A DNA stretch of 63,519 nt, filler included, from Nitrospinae bacterium RIFCSPLOWO2_12_FULL_45_22 (lineage in GTDB: Bacteria > 2-12-FULL-45-22): NCBI GenBank assembly GCA_001803565.1. It is 3 parts of 3 records of this genome, joined end to end, with 100 filler letters (N's around TTAATTAATTAA, not from the genome) between each part and the next. Parts side by side here need not be neighbours in the genome. Positions count along the whole stretch, not along the records: positions 1 to 30,087 come from MHDQ01000222.1; positions 30,188 to 48,891 come from MHDQ01000224.1; 1 more part is not named here. One strand, written 5' to 3'. This document shows, piece by piece, positions 27,524 to 37,803 of this stretch. The translations under genes and the position numbers were made by a program. Position 1 is the stretch's first letter; every line of letters begins with the position of its first letter. The notes beneath the pieces are model-generated. The model saw nothing but the letters and a program-made list of their open reading frames with translations. It did no database searches and had not been told where the DNA came from.

Positions 27524-27902
27524 CAAATTGTTCTTCTTTAATTATTAATTATAAATGATTATGGGATTATCTTGCACATTTGCCAAATAAGCTAGGTTCT
27601 CATCTAACTCCATATAAACCCATTAGGATAGAGCAAGAACCCCCGCATATGGCTTGTTTTGGGCCTTGGATTCCCCAGCTTGGGTTCCCTTCTCTTTGGA
27701 GGTGTTCATTTAATCTTATAGAAGGGGGGAAATAGTAGCAGATGGTCATACAGGGTTGCTTGTAGCTAAGAATATTGCAGCAACAGATATATCAGTTTAT
27801 GGGTATAATTTTTTGAATGATGGGTGGAAGATGGAAAGGTCAAAAATACAATCTTTTTGGTCTACTATAGATTACCGTTGGCTTATTGTCGGATAACAAA
27901 AA

Positions 27903-29234
27903 TCAGTATCCCAAATTGGTCGCTCTATTTATAAAATCTTGAACATCCTCTTTTTCATAATCAGGATATTTGCTTCTCAATTCCAAAAGATATTCTTTTG
28001 CCTTTTTATAATTTCTCTTGTTCCAATAAGTTAGCGCAATGTTATATTGGACGTTAGCCAGACAGAGTGAACCGTATGGATTACCCCACTTTTTGGCATA
28101 TGCTAATATTTCCCGATAATAACTCCTTGCTGCACTATAATCTTTCTTATCAAAAGCCTTATCTGCCTTTTCTCCTAACATAGCGATATTCTTAACGATA
28201 GAAGCTTTTTTACAATCGTCTATTAGAGTTTTTATCTTTTTAGTATTATATTTGGGAAAATCTTTTTGCAGTTGGGTTAAAAACTTTTTTGCTTCCAAAT
28301 AATTTTCTTCATTATAGTAGCTAATGGCAATATTATATTTTACTTCTGGAATTATATCCCTATAGTATATATCTCCTCTTTCGTAATTTATTACGGCTTC
28401 TTCCCAATGTTTCCTGGCTGTTTTATAATCCTCTTTTTTAAAAGCTTTGCTACCGAGATCGTTTAATTCAGTCGCAAAATAACTATATCTATATTTTCTA
28501 AGCTCCTCTCTGTCACCCAAATGGTGATAATAAACCATCCAAGCATATTGTGATATTGCTTCCCGTGCTTCCTCATACTTCCCCTCCAGCCAAAAAGTTA
28601 TAGCAAAATTGGCCCTATTTTCACAATGTTGCCCCATAGCTTCATAATAAAAATAATATTCCGATTTAATCTCATCACCACTCACCGTACTCAAGTTAAA
28701 ATTTTCCTCCTCCCACTTGTCTACTGGTGGCAATTTTGCCAATGTCCAGTCTAGCCCAAATTCCCTCTTCGTTAATTCAGCTTTGGATGTGAAATATAAA
28801 CCCTCCCTTTCATAATTGGTCCTTGCTAATTTATAATCCTTTTCTTGCATAGCCTTTTCAGCTTCTTCTCTGTATTTCTCAGCTACCTCACTATAAGTAT
28901 TTTTTAATAAGCTATAAGAGCTCCTCCGCAAATCGGTTACTTCTTTTGTCTTTGCTTCCCTATAAACTATCTCTAACACTTCAATTGCTTGCTCTTCATG
29001 TTTTGCCTTTAGCAATAACCTGGCCAAATCAAACTTAGTTTTTATATCATCAGGATTTCTTATTAAGTATTTTTTATAGTTCTCTATTGCCTTATCATAT
29101 TCCCCAATTCCTTCATATCCCTTGGCCTCTTGGAGGTATTTCCTCACAGAGTAGTAAGAGTAATATTCATAGCCAGCTACACCTATACCTAAAACAACTA
29201 TTATGGATACCACCCAAATTAATATTCTTTTCAT
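27903..29234 (-). CDS. Membrane-anchored TPR-repeat protein
   Basis: N-terminal TM helix, repeated YNIA..Y...NY..AK TPR units, AT-rich. Confidence 0.85.
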   Translation of the reverse strand: MKRILIWVVSIIVVLGIGVAGYEYYSYYSVRKYLQEAKGYEGIGEYDKAIENYKKYLIRNPDDIKTKFDLARLLLKAKHEEQAIEVLEIVYREAKTKEVTDLRRSSYSLLKNTYSEVAEKYREEAEKAMQEKDYKLARTNYEREGLYFTSKAELTKREFGLDWTLAKLPPVDKWEEENFNLSTVSGDEIKSEYYFYYEAMGQHCENRANFAITFWLEGKYEEAREAISQYAWMVYYHHLGDREELRKYRYSYFATELNDLGSKAFKKEDYKTARKHWEEAVINYERGDIYYRDIIPEVKYNIAISYYNEENYLEAKKFLTQLQKDFPKYNTKKIKTLIDDCKKASIVKNIAMLGEKADKAFDKKDYSAARSYYREILAYAKKWGNPYGSLCLANVQYNIALTYWNKRNYKKAKEYLLELRSKYPDYEKEDVQDFINRATNLGY

Positions 29235-29241
29235 AACCAAG

Positions 29242-29304
29242 CCCTCCTCTCTGGTAATTAAGCCAGAGATTGCCCGCTCTTCGCTGCGTCCAGCTAGGGG
29301 CCTC
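29242..29304 (-). repeat. Leader motif copy B (mosaic of copies A and C)
   Basis: GAGATTGCCCGCTCTTCGC and AGCTAGGGGCCTC shared with copy A; CCCTCC..TCTGKTAATTAAGCCAG shared with copy C. Confidence 0.8.
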
Positions 29305-29310
29305 TAAGCC

Positions 29311-29601
29311 CTATTTTGGCCACTCATACAGGTAAGGCTTATACCGGTTATAGGACTTATTAGGATTATCATACCGATAGGGATTCAAGGGATTGTCCAA
29401 CCGATAGCGATTGTAAGGATTGTAAGGGTTATCCAGCTTATACCGGTTATAAGGATTGGCTGGATTGTCCATCCTGTAGCGGTTAGATGGGTTATAGGGA
29501 CTGTCTGGCCTCCGGGAATGCTTAGGGTTCAAGTCCCATTCCGCAGCCATCACCCAGCACGGTACTAAAACCATAATTAAGGCAATAATAACCTTCTTCA
29601 T
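29311..29601 (-). CDS. Small secreted protein with 12-aa DNPxNPYNRYxL repeats
   Basis: Signal peptide MKKVIIALIMVLVPCWVMA, 4-5 tandem repeats, GGAGG RBS. Confidence 0.75.
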   Translation of the reverse strand: MKKVIIALIMVLVPCWVMAAEWDLNPKHSRRPDSPYNPSNRYRMDNPANPYNRYKLDNPYNPYNRYRLDNPLNPYRYDNPNKSYNRYKPYLYEWPK

Positions 29602-29608
29602 AACATGA

Positions 29609-29670
29609 CCCTCCCTCTGTTAATTAAGCCAGGGGGTAGCCGACTTATCGGTTGCGCTACCCTATCCCCC
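29609..29670 (-). repeat. Leader motif copy C
   Basis: Minus strand GGGTAGC...GCTACCC stem with inner CCGA-TAAG-TCGG hairpin; RBS block shared with copy B. Confidence 0.65.
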
Positions 29671-29909
29671 AAAGTAATCTTTTATCCTGTCTGGTGTTTA
29701 GGCTAACTCCTGTATTAGTCTTATTTTACTACATTAATTTAGGTAGTGACAGGATTAGCTATTTCTGATAAAATTATAACTAACCTTTTTAACAAATGCC
29801 GAAAAAACCGAATAAAGCCCAACTTATACGTGGGTATCATAGTCCCTGCCCCTGGGGCTATAGTAAATTATGAGTTGTGGGCTATATCATTGCAAGGAGG
29901 TAAGGGGAA

Positions 29910-30086
29910 ATGAAAACTAAAGACCCAGAGAAAATGAGGAAGGCTGCTGAAAGATTAGATCAGATAGCTAAAGAAGCAGCAAAGAATAGAGAGAAAATTC
30001 CTGGAGGTAGAGAATTTAATAGTACTGTAGCGTTAAGGCAAATGAGGTATGGAGCTGATCATACCAGACGCAAGCGTAATCCTTAA
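29910..30086 (+). CDS. Putative antitoxin (58 aa, not in ORF track)
   Basis: AAGGAGG/GGGG RBS; MKTKDPEKMRKAAERLDQIAKE...STVALRQMR; overlaps a PIN-like start. Confidence 0.55.
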   Translation: MKTKDPEKMRKAAERLDQIAKEAAKNREKIPGGREFNSTVALRQMRYGADHTRRKRNP

Positions 30087-30087
30087 A
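30049..30087 (+). CDS. VapC-like PIN toxin, N-terminal fragment (cut by contig end)
   Basis: GAGGT RBS; MELIIPDASVILK matches the PIN N-terminal hhhDAShhhK motif. Confidence 0.55.
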
Positions 30088-30187
30088 NNNNNNNNNNNNN
30101 NNNNNNNNNNNNNNNNNNNNNNNNNNNNNNNTTAATTAATTAANNNNNNNNNNNNNNNNNNNNNNNNNNNNNNNNNNNNNNNNNNNN
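30088..30187. other. Artificial contig linker
   Basis: N-run + TTAATTAATTAA (stops in six frames) + N-run. Confidence 0.95.
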
Positions 30188-30264
30188 AATGGCTTGGCCA
30201 TAATACCTCCTTTGTTTTTGGTGGTATTATACCAAATGCCTACTTATCAGTCTAATAAATAATG

Positions 30265-31509
30265 TTACATACTACTAGTGACTAATGACGGATTTTCTAA
30301 GCCAAAGGTCTTATGGAGGGTCCTGACGGCCAGTTCAGTATATTTTGCCTCAATAACACAGGATATCTTGATCTCAGAGGTGCTTATCATCAGGATATTA
30401 ATATTTTCTGCAGCAAGGGCGCTGAACATCCGGGCAGCTACCCCAGAATGGCTCCGCATACCTACCCCTACTATGGAGACTTTAGCAATGTCGGTATCTA
30501 ATGCGACCTCTTCTTTTGCTCCGATTCCCTTAGCCACTTCTTTAACCAGTTCTAATGCCTTTTTGGATTCAGTCCTGGGGAGGGTGAAAGAAATATCAGC
30601 TAATCCCTGGTCACTTACGTTCTGGATAATCATATCTATAACAATCTCTTTTTCCGCAATCCGGCTGAAGATATTCCCGGCAATACCAGGCCGATCTGGG
30701 ACACCAGAGATAGTGATCTTGGCCTGATTTTTGTCATGGGCTACTCCCGCTACCAGCACCTTCTCCATATCCCGGTCTTCTTCTACTACCATAGTCCCTT
30801 TACCCTCCTTCTCAAAGGTAGACTTTACTAACAAAGGCACTTGATATTTCTTGGCAAACTCTACTGATCTAGTCTGCAATACCTTGGCCCCTAAGCTGGC
30901 TAACTCCAGCATCTCTTCGTAAGAGATCTTATCCAGCCGCCGGGCATCAGCAACAATATTAGGGTCTGCGGTATAGACTCCATCTACATCGGTATAGATG
31001 ATGCACAGATCGGCATTCAGGGCTGCTGCCAGGGCAACTGCGGTAGTGTCTGATCCACCCCGACCCAGGGTAGTTACATCTTCTGCCTCATCTATCCCCT
31101 GGAATCCCGCTACTACTGCGATCTTTCCCTTCTCTATGGCAGTTTTAACGCGGTCGGCTGTGATCCGCTTTATGCGCGCTTTGGTATGGGCACTATCGGT
31201 AACAATACCTACCTGCCTGCCAGTAAATGCCTCTGCGTTATATCCTAATGCCTGTAAAGCCAGGGTCAATAAAGAACAAGATATCCGCTCACCCGAAGAG
31301 AGCAAGAGGTCTAGTTCCCGCTCCCTAGGAATATCACATATCTGGTGAGCTAAACCAATGAGCCGATCCGTCTCACCCGCCATAGCAGATACTACTACTA
31401 CCACCTCATCTCCAGCATTTTTAGCCTCAGCAATCTTCTCGGCCACTGCTTTAATCTTCGATATATCTCCTACTGATGTACCACCATACTTATGCACAAC
31501 CAGCGCCAT
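30265..31509 (-). CDS. lysC: Aspartate kinase
   Basis: [28 protein letters not shown], two ACT domains. Confidence 0.97.
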   Translation of the reverse strand: MALVVHKYGGTSVGDISKIKAVAEKIAEAKNAGDEVVVVVSAMAGETDRLIGLAHQICDIPRERELDLLLSSGERISCSLLTLALQALGYNAEAFTGRQVGIVTDSAHTKARIKRITADRVKTAIEKGKIAVVAGFQGIDEAEDVTTLGRGGSDTTAVALAAALNADLCIIYTDVDGVYTADPNIVADARRLDKISYEEMLELASLGAKVLQTRSVEFAKKYQVPLLVKSTFEKEGKGTMVVEEDRDMEKVLVAGVAHDKNQAKITISGVPDRPGIAGNIFSRIAEKEIVIDMIIQNVSDQGLADISFTLPRTESKKALELVKEVAKGIGAKEEVALDTDIAKVSIVGVGMRSHSGVAARMFSALAAENINILMISTSEIKISCVIEAKYTELAVRTLHKTFGLENPSLVTSSM

Positions 31510-31643
31510 AAATTATCATCCCTCTCCTCTTTCTATTTTATAAAACTTCAATTAGTTCCCACTGAAAAAAACCAGCAAAGCAAGCTTTCACGCTACAATT
31601 TAAGGCATTAAAAAATTGCATATTAATTGTGACCACTACAGTT

Positions 31644-32864
31644 TTAAGCAGATTTGCTGTAAATAAAATAATCCATTAATTCATAGCCGTGGGGGAAATG
31701 GAGAGAGCCTTCGGTCAATAATGATTCATCAAACCTAGTGGTCCTATCAGCCTTGCCCTTAGGGGAGAAGATAGCAAAAGGGACGGCTCCGTGGGTATGG
31801 GTTTTAAGGGCCACCGGAGTAAGGTGGTCAGTGGTCAGTAAGATTTTATACTCATCAAATTCCTGCATAGCAGATAGGATCGGGCCGACTACTTTGCTAT
31901 CAAAATCCTCCAGGGCCTGGACTTTCTTTTTCCAGTTCCCTTCATGGCTCGCCTCATCTGGCGCCTCAACATGGAGGAAGACAAAATCTCTCGTTTTCAG
32001 GGCTTCTATGGCATATTGGGCCTTACCGCTATAGTTAGTATCCAGGTAGCCCGTTGCCCCGGGTACTTCTATAACATCTAATCCTAAATAAATCCCCAGT
32101 CCTTTTAGCAGGTCTACTGCCGATATTATAGCCCCGTTTAGATTATACTTCTCGTGAAACCGGGGCAATTTTGGTGGAGTACCCGCACCCCAAAACCAGA
32201 TATTATTAGCTGGCTTTAAGCCCCGCTCCACTCTCTGACGGTTAATAGGGTGGTTCGCGAGGATAGGCCTGGCATTCCCCATTAGTTGTAGTAACATATC
32301 CTGACCATTACCGCAAGGTAGATACTGGGCAATATCTTGCCCGGAAATATCGTGAGGGGGGACCAGGTTTAATTTCTTTAAGTTTATCACTGTTGCGCCA
32401 TCTTGCCAAATCAGTAGATTACGGTAGCTAGTCCCAGGATAAAACCGGCGGCCCTCGACAGCCAGGGTTCGGTTCAAATCCTCTATCAGGCCCCGGGCCT
32501 CCTGGCTAGTGATGTGTCCCGCACTAAAATCTGCCATGTTATAACTGGCACCATTAGGTTCTAAGGTAACTAGATTACAGCGGAAGGAAATATCATCCGG
32601 GCTCAGTTGTACTCCAATACTGGCGGCTTCTAAGGGGGATCGGCCAGTATAGTATAAGGCAGGATCATAGCCCAAAAGGCTCAGGTTAGCTACATCGCTA
32701 CCCGCGGGATAATTTTCCGGAATAGTATGGGTTGAGCCCGTAATACCCCTTCTGGCCAGATCATCCAGGAAAGGGGTAGAGGCTACTTCTAATGGCGTTT
32801 TACTCCCCAGGGCTGCTATGGGCCAGTCTGCCATCCCATCTCCCACTAAGACTAAGTACTTCAT
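31644..32864 (-). CDS. apgM: Cofactor-independent phosphoglycerate mutase ApgM family (proposed homoserine kinase)
   Basis: GDGMAD, GSDVAN, YTGRSPLEA, HVEAPDEASH, DH.TP...TH. Confidence 0.9.
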   Translation of the reverse strand: MKYLVLVGDGMADWPIAALGSKTPLEVASTPFLDDLARRGITGSTHTIPENYPAGSDVANLSLLGYDPALYYTGRSPLEAASIGVQLSPDDISFRCNLVTLEPNGASYNMADFSAGHITSQEARGLIEDLNRTLAVEGRRFYPGTSYRNLLIWQDGATVINLKKLNLVPPHDISGQDIAQYLPCGNGQDMLLQLMGNARPILANHPINRQRVERGLKPANNIWFWGAGTPPKLPRFHEKYNLNGAIISAVDLLKGLGIYLGLDVIEVPGATGYLDTNYSGKAQYAIEALKTRDFVFLHVEAPDEASHEGNWKKKVQALEDFDSKVVGPILSAMQEFDEYKILLTTDHLTPVALKTHTHGAVPFAIFSPKGKADRTTRFDESLLTEGSLHFPHGYELMDYFIYSKSA

Positions 32865-34195
32865 GAAATGTCTCTTTCTGCCCGAATAAGGGTGGTTCTG
32901 GCCAGGACTACTTCTAGTTGATCAATCTTTTTTAAGGCCAGTTGAATATCCTTTTCTAATGCCTCATGGGTCATCATAACTACTGGTACCCCTTCTTTTG
33001 GCTCACGATCTTTTTGCAGTACAGAGGCAATACTGATAGAATGATCCCCCAGGATGCCTGAAATACGAGCCAAAACCCCAGGCTGGTCTACTGCCATGAA
33101 CCGTAAATAATATTCTGACCTTATCTCTCCTATTTTTCTTATCGGGCAATCCGCTATCAGGGGGTTCAGAACCCCTAGAGCTGGTACTCTACCCCCTTGT
33201 CCCCGGAGGATATTCCTACTAACCTCAATAATATCCCCTACTACAGCGCTGCCGGTAGGCATAGCTCCGGCGCCCTCACCTACAAACATGTTCTTACCCA
33301 CAGCATCTCCCACAATATAGAGGGCATTCAAGATATTGTCAACATTGGCCAGGGGAGTTTCCTGGGGAAGTAGGGTAGGATGAACCCGAATATCAATCTC
33401 TTCTCCTACTCTTTTCGCAATGGCCAATAGTTTTATCCGGTAACCCAGATGCCGGGCATATTGAATATCCAGGGGGGATATTGCGGCAATGCCCTCAGTA
33501 TAGACTCTGCTCAGTGGAATATTAGCACCAAAGGCCAAAGAGGCTAGTATGGTTATTTTATGGGCAGAATCAATCCCCTCAATGTCTAATGAAGGGTCCT
33601 GCTCAGCATATCCTTTCCGCTGGGCCTCTTCCAATACCTGAGTAAAATCCCCTCCTTCATTGGTCATCTTACTCAGGATATAGTTAGCGGTACCGTTAAC
33701 TATACCATAGATAGCCTCAATATTGTTCGCCGCAAACCCTTCTCTGATAGCCCTAATAATGGGTATACCACCGCCGACACTGGCCTCAAACCCTACATCC
33801 AGCGAGGCATGGCTGGCCTTTTGGAAAATCTCGTGGCCATAATGGGCCAGGAGGGCTTTATTGGCAGTAACTACATGCTTCCCCTTATCCAGGGCCCTCA
33901 GGATAAAGGTTTTCGCTGGTTCTAATCCACCAATCAACTCTACGGCTATATCTATCTCGGGATCATCTATTACTTTATAGGCATCAGTAGTTAATAGATC
34001 CTTATTCAAGGAAGGTATCCCCCGATCGCTATCCAGGTCAAGGTCGGCAATCCTCTTTATCTCTAGTGGTACCCCCAGCCGCTTTTTTATGAGCTGGTTA
34101 TTCCGGGTAAGGATTTTATATGCCCCAGTACCTACTGTACCTAAGCCGATAATACCAATATATATAGGCCGGTTGAAGGTCTCTACCTGGTTCAT
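32861..34195 (-). CDS. hom: Homoserine dehydrogenase
   Basis: [32 protein letters not shown]-terminal ACT. Confidence 0.97.
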   Translation of the reverse strand: MNQVETFNRPIYIGIIGLGTVGTGAYKILTRNNQLIKKRLGVPLEIKRIADLDLDSDRGIPSLNKDLLTTDAYKVIDDPEIDIAVELIGGLEPAKTFILRALDKGKHVVTANKALLAHYGHEIFQKASHASLDVGFEASVGGGIPIIRAIREGFAANNIEAIYGIVNGTANYILSKMTNEGGDFTQVLEEAQRKGYAEQDPSLDIEGIDSAHKITILASLAFGANIPLSRVYTEGIAAISPLDIQYARHLGYRIKLLAIAKRVGEEIDIRVHPTLLPQETPLANVDNILNALYIVGDAVGKNMFVGEGAGAMPTGSAVVGDIIEVSRNILRGQGGRVPALGVLNPLIADCPIRKIGEIRSEYYLRFMAVDQPGVLARISGILGDHSISIASVLQKDREPKEGVPVVMMTHEALEKDIQLALKKIDQLEVVLARTTLIRAERDIS

Positions 34196-35367
34196 AAGGC
34201 CGCCTTAATACCTCTTATGGCCTGCCGGGTGCGATGTTCATTTTCTACCAAGGCAAACCTTACATAACCCTCTCCATTCTCACCAAAGCCTATTCCAGGA
34301 GAGACGGCTACCTTGGCTTCTTTCAATAAAAATTTAGCAAATTCTAATGAGCCCATTTTCTTGTATGGCGCCGGTATCTCAGCCCAAAGGAACATGGTAG
34401 CTTTGGGTTTCTCTACCGGCCAGCCTACCCGGTTCAATCCCTCTACTAAGACATCCCTCCGGGCCTGGTAGGTATTTCTTATTTCTTCTACCATTTCCCT
34501 GGGACTATTTAGGGCGATTATACTGGCTACCTGAATAGGCTGGAATATCCCATAGTCTAAATAGCTCTTAAGCCTCCTTAGGGCCGTGATTATCTGGCCA
34601 TTGCCCACAGCAAACCCTACCCGCCATCCCGGCATGTTATAACTCTTGGAGAGGGTAAAAAATTCTACCCCTACTTCTTTTGCCCCTTTAACTTCCAGCA
34701 TACTGGGGGCCTTATAGTTGTCAAATACTAAATCTGCATAGGCAAAGTCATGGATTACTATTATGCGGTTTTCCTGGGCAAAGGCGATGATCTTTTCAAA
34801 AAAATCCAGATCAACACATGTTGTAGTGGGATTATGGGGGAAGTTTAAGATTATGGCTTTAGGTCTAGGCCAAAGGGCCTTAAAAACTCGCAGCATATTC
34901 TCCAAAAAATCCTCACCCTGGTTCAGAGGCACTTGTACTACATCACCATTGGCTATAATGATCCCATACGTATGGATGGGGTAAGTAGGGGAGGGTACCA
35001 TTACCAGATCGCCAGGGCCAACCAGGGCGAGAGCCAAATGCGAGATACCTTCTTTAGAACCAATAGTCACAATAGCCTCGGTTTCCGGGTCGAGCTCCAC
35101 CTGGTAATTCCGCATATACCAATCAACAATGGCCTGGCGTAGCTTGCTGATACCACGCGAGGCAGAGTAGCGGTGGTTATGGGATTTCTGGGCAGCCTCA
35201 CAAATCTTAGCAATTATATGGGGTGGGGGGGGCTGGTCAGGATTGCCCATACCAAAATCTATTATATCATCCCCCCGTCTTCGAGCCTCTAGCTTTAATT
35301 CATCTATGATGCTGAAAATATAGGGTGGTAATCTTTTTATCCGGGGGAATTCCCAAAAACCTTCCAT
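34192..35367 (-). CDS. alaC: Class I PLP aminotransferase (AlaC / LL-DAP aminotransferase-like)
   Basis: [41 protein letters not shown]. Confidence 0.8.
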   Translation of the reverse strand: MEGFWEFPRIKRLPPYIFSIIDELKLEARRRGDDIIDFGMGNPDQPPPPHIIAKICEAAQKSHNHRYSASRGISKLRQAIVDWYMRNYQVELDPETEAIVTIGSKEGISHLALALVGPGDLVMVPSPTYPIHTYGIIIANGDVVQVPLNQGEDFLENMLRVFKALWPRPKAIILNFPHNPTTTCVDLDFFEKIIAFAQENRIIVIHDFAYADLVFDNYKAPSMLEVKGAKEVGVEFFTLSKSYNMPGWRVGFAVGNGQIITALRRLKSYLDYGIFQPIQVASIIALNSPREMVEEIRNTYQARRDVLVEGLNRVGWPVEKPKATMFLWAEIPAPYKKMGSLEFAKFLLKEAKVAVSPGIGFGENGEGYVRFALVENEHRTRQAIRGIKAAL

Positions 35368-35448
35368 TATCCTCTCCTCTTAAAATTCGTAAAGAGTAAG
35401 GAGTGAGAGGGTAAGGAGAATTTTTTTACCCCTTACCCCTCACGCTTT

Positions 35449-36345
35449 TTATATACCTGCTTGTTCAAAAAGTTCAGGAAGCTCTCGCTCTAACCCAATA
35501 GGCATTATATGAAACCCGCTCACATAGCTCTTTATTTTTGCCATAAGCTCGGCTGCAATAGTGATTCCTTCTCTAACAGGGTCTTTAGCCTTATTAATCC
35601 GCTCAGCAACCGCCATTGGTATAGGCTTGACCAGTATCTTATGGTTCATAAACTCTACCATCCGGGCAGATTTCAAAGGAGTTATCCCGATAAGGAAGCG
35701 TACATTAAGACCAGAAGTCATTTCCAGGAACTTCTCTAGTGGTTCCTGGTCAAATATAGGCTGGGTTTGAATAAATTCTATTCCCGCAGCGACTTTTTTC
35801 CGCAGTTTTATCAATTGAGGCTCTAGGGGTTCAGCCAGGGGGTTAGCCACTGCCCCGATAACAAAGCTAGGGACACCGCTCAGTTTACGGCCAGCAAAAT
35901 CTTCTCCCCTCTCCAGTCCCCTGGCCAGGCTTATAAGCTGGACAGAGTCACAATCATAAACGGGCTTGCCGGTAGGGTGATCACCTAACAGGGGATGGTC
36001 CCCGGTCATAAAGCAAAAATTTTCTATCCCTAAGGCATATGCACTAAGGAGTTCTGATTGCAAGGCCAAGCGGTTTCGGTCTCGACAGGTCAACTGTAAG
36101 ATCGGCTCAAGGCCCCGCTCTTTTAAGAGATGACTAAGGGCTAACGGGCTCATTCGCATTATGGCCCGCTGATTATCGGTTACATTAAAAGCATCAACTT
36201 TCTCCCTTAGTAGATCGGCATGCAGGAGAATTTCTTCGGTGGCCGTACCTTTAGGTGGGGATAATTCTACTGTCACTATCAGATCTTTTTCTCTTAATTT
36301 ATTTCTGAATCGGCCTTTGGGGCCTTCTGGGTCGCCTACCGTCAC
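35449..36345 (-). CDS. metF: Methylenetetrahydrofolate reductase
   Basis: ELSPPKG, NVTDNQ, TCRDRNRLALQ, TGD, QTQ motifs. Confidence 0.92.
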   Translation of the reverse strand: MTVGDPEGPKGRFRNKLREKDLIVTVELSPPKGTATEEILLHADLLREKVDAFNVTDNQRAIMRMSPLALSHLLKERGLEPILQLTCRDRNRLALQSELLSAYALGIENFCFMTGDHPLLGDHPTGKPVYDCDSVQLISLARGLERGEDFAGRKLSGVPSFVIGAVANPLAEPLEPQLIKLRKKVAAGIEFIQTQPIFDQEPLEKFLEMTSGLNVRFLIGITPLKSARMVEFMNHKILVKPIPMAVAERINKAKDPVREGITIAAELMAKIKSYVSGFHIMPIGLERELPELFEQAGI

Positions 36346-37007
36346 TTCTTCTTGAGCATCTCCCTCCCTAAAGTGATCTTCTGGGGATGTTGGCCTTTAG
36401 AAAAGTCTTGAGGTTGATGGATCATTTCCATAAGGTACAATTTCCCTCTCTGCTTTAATCTTTCATAAATAAGATACCAACCGCAGTCCCGATCATCTAT
36501 TATTTCACACTTACCCTGCTTAGAACCACCGCAGGGGCCGTTAAGGAGCCCTTTGGAGCACTGATTTATAGCGCATATACCTCCGGTATACTCCAGGATA
36601 CACTGTCCACAGAGAGCGCAGAGCTCTTCATAATGGCCTACCCGCCTCAAAGAACCGATAAATAGGGTATCCAATGCCGGAAAGACAGGTTTTTCTGTTA
36701 GTTCCGCTACCGTTTGAACCCCTACTCCGCAGGACATTACCAATATAGCATCCGCTTCTTCTATAAAGGTGCTCTTCTTCGTTAACTCTTTCTTGGTTTT
36801 TTGGGTGGTACAGACCGATTCCAGGACGAAGGATAAGGGTACTGCCTTGCCCACTCCTTCTAGCTCCCGCTTCATATCCTGAACCTCTTCTTCTCCTCCG
36901 GCATGGCATTGGGTGGCACAGGTACCACACCCGATAATGACCACTACATCTGACCCGTCCAGGGATTGAAGAATATCAGGCAATAGTTTTTGCTGAGATA
37001 TGATCAT
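36342..37007 (-). CDS. metV: MTHFR Fe-S/Zn subunit MetV
   Basis: GCGTCATQC..GG, CGVGVQ, CALCGQC, CSKGLLNGPCGG, KCE..DCGW. Confidence 0.9.
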   Translation of the reverse strand: MIISQQKLLPDILQSLDGSDVVVIIGCGTCATQCHAGGEEEVQDMKRELEGVGKAVPLSFVLESVCTTQKTKKELTKKSTFIEEADAILVMSCGVGVQTVAELTEKPVFPALDTLFIGSLRRVGHYEELCALCGQCILEYTGGICAINQCSKGLLNGPCGGSKQGKCEIIDDRDCGWYLIYERLKQRGKLYLMEMIHQPQDFSKGQHPQKITLGREMLKKK

Positions 37008-37050
37008 TTGTTATCAGTTATTAGTTATAGGTTATAAGTTATAAGTTAAT

Positions 37051-37800
37051 TTAGTAGGCATATAGTCTACCATAGGGCCGGTGAGAGACAGGGACAAGTT
37101 TTATGAATGGACGGCTCATACTTTCATTATAATCCAAATTAAAATCCTCACAGTACTCCCGGAGCAAAGGTTCTATAAGTTTATGGTCTTGAGGGCCTAT
37201 TTCCTGGATACCTACTTCGGCGCCTAATTGATGCTTTTCTACCTTACCCCGGACAAATATCTGACCTCCGTGCATACCCGTGCCCAGATAATTACCTACT
37301 ATGGATTGATTATTTGGGCAGGTCAATCCTAAAAGGATCAATATCCCACCCGCCATATATTCTCCAAAGAAGTCCACGGCCTTACCTCCTACAATAATTA
37401 CCGGGACCTGGTCTTTATAGGACTTCATATGGATTCCTACCCGGTAGCCTACATTACCTTTTATAAATACTTTACCGCCCCGCATCCCGTAACCTATCAC
37501 ATCACCGGCATCACCATGGATAATCACCTTGCCATCATTCATGGTATTACCTACACCATCCTGGGCATTGGCGTTAACAATAACGGTGGGGCCGTCCATA
37601 AAGGCCGAGAGATCATTACCCGGGACACCGTCAATAATTATCATCACTTTTTGCTTTATGCCATCGGCTATATAGCGCTGTCCGTTTACCCCGATCAACT
37701 CTATCTCCTGTTCGCCAGCGGCTATAGCCTCTCTGATCATCCGGTTTAATTCCCGGTAATAGATACCACTAGCATTGATTTTCGCCCTGCCATTCTTCAT
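37051..37800 (-). CDS. Glutamate synthase GXGXG beta-helix subunit (GltB3-like)
   Basis: Repeated G..M.GG motifs (GNTMNDG, GYGMRGG, GEYMAGG, GTGMHGG). Confidence 0.9.
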   Translation of the reverse strand: MKNGRAKINASGIYYRELNRMIREAIAAGEQEIELIGVNGQRYIADGIKQKVMIIIDGVPGNDLSAFMDGPTVIVNANAQDGVGNTMNDGKVIIHGDAGDVIGYGMRGGKVFIKGNVGYRVGIHMKSYKDQVPVIIVGGKAVDFFGEYMAGGILILLGLTCPNNQSIVGNYLGTGMHGGQIFVRGKVEKHQLGAEVGIQEIGPQDHKLIEPLLREYCEDFNLDYNESMSRPFIKLVPVSHRPYGRLYAY

Positions 37801-37803
37801 TTT

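Larger units (their letters stand above)
20496..30087. mobile_element. Integrated phage-satellite/PICI-like element at tRNA-Leu (right end lost at contig break)
   Basis: att fragment, arm-site-like repeats 20636-20688 (GGGGTCATTTC x2, CGCCATA x2), Xis, TerS-like, primase, small HTH regulators, no capsid/tail genes visible. Confidence 0.8.

Noticed and set aside
30088-30187. TTAATTAATTAA palindrome as a biological site; linkage of the island to lysC
   Set aside because: Six-frame-stop linker in N-runs, repeated at 48892-48991; contigs are merely concatenated
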